Made by a program: the position numbers and the translations under genes. Shown piece after piece: positions 24,331 through 24,404 of a DNA stretch of 24,404 nt (position 1 is the stretch's first letter; every line of letters starts with the position of its first letter). The stretch spans positions 1-24,404 of the forward strand of contig JAITEW010000376.1 of assembly GCA_031281855.1 (NCBI GenBank), written 5' to 3'. This DNA comes from Treponema sp. (GTDB lineage: Bacteria > Spirochaetota > Spirochaetia > Treponematales > Breznakiellaceae). Under the pieces are notes generated by a model, which saw nothing but the letters and a program-made list of their open reading frames with translations, was not told the DNA's origin and ran no database searches.

Positions 24331-24404
24331 TACAAAAACACAGAAAAAATTATGAATAGTAAAAAAAATTTTTTGAGACTACTATACATACGTAAAGATA
24401 AATG

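Noticed and set aside
24373-24404. Possible divergent plus-strand promoter (TTGAGA) and ATG at the window edge
   Set aside because: No convincing -10 at 16-18 nt spacing, and the downstream sequence is outside the window.
1-24404. tRNA, rRNA, CRISPR array, IS element or riboswitch
   Set aside because: No intergenic gap in the operon exceeds 45 nt, and I saw no such signature or repeat-spacer pattern.

Overview
Core chromosomal region of a motile spirochaete. The protein signatures and gene order point to a fairly GC-rich Treponema-like organism (inference). Twenty-four co-oriented minus-strand genes run from an AT-rich promoter region at the right end: mraZ-rsmH-ftsL-murF-mraY-ftsW-ftsQ-ftsA-ftsZ, then xerD-like, a membrane-anchored TPR gene, dprA, topA, xerC-like, hslV, hslU, then flgB-flgC-fliE-fliF-fliG-fliH-fliI-fliJ. 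No gap exceeds 45 nt. The run converges on the 3' end of a plus-strand uridine-kinase-family gene across a 12-bp inverted repeat. I saw no mobile element, RNA gene, CRISPR array or defence island; this is mostly conserved housekeeping DNA and I cannot claim a clearly novel system. The best second-look items are: a near-consensus sigma-28 promoter whose -35 is the hslU stop codon; a probable CTG start for ftsA; MraZ-box repeats; hairpins in the two largest intergenic gaps; a large HslU I-domain insertion; a 17-aa HslV propeptide; a divergent FtsZ; and the TPR gene translationally coupled inside an XerD-TPR-DprA-TopA-XerC block. Several ORF-track starts were corrected using RBS position.
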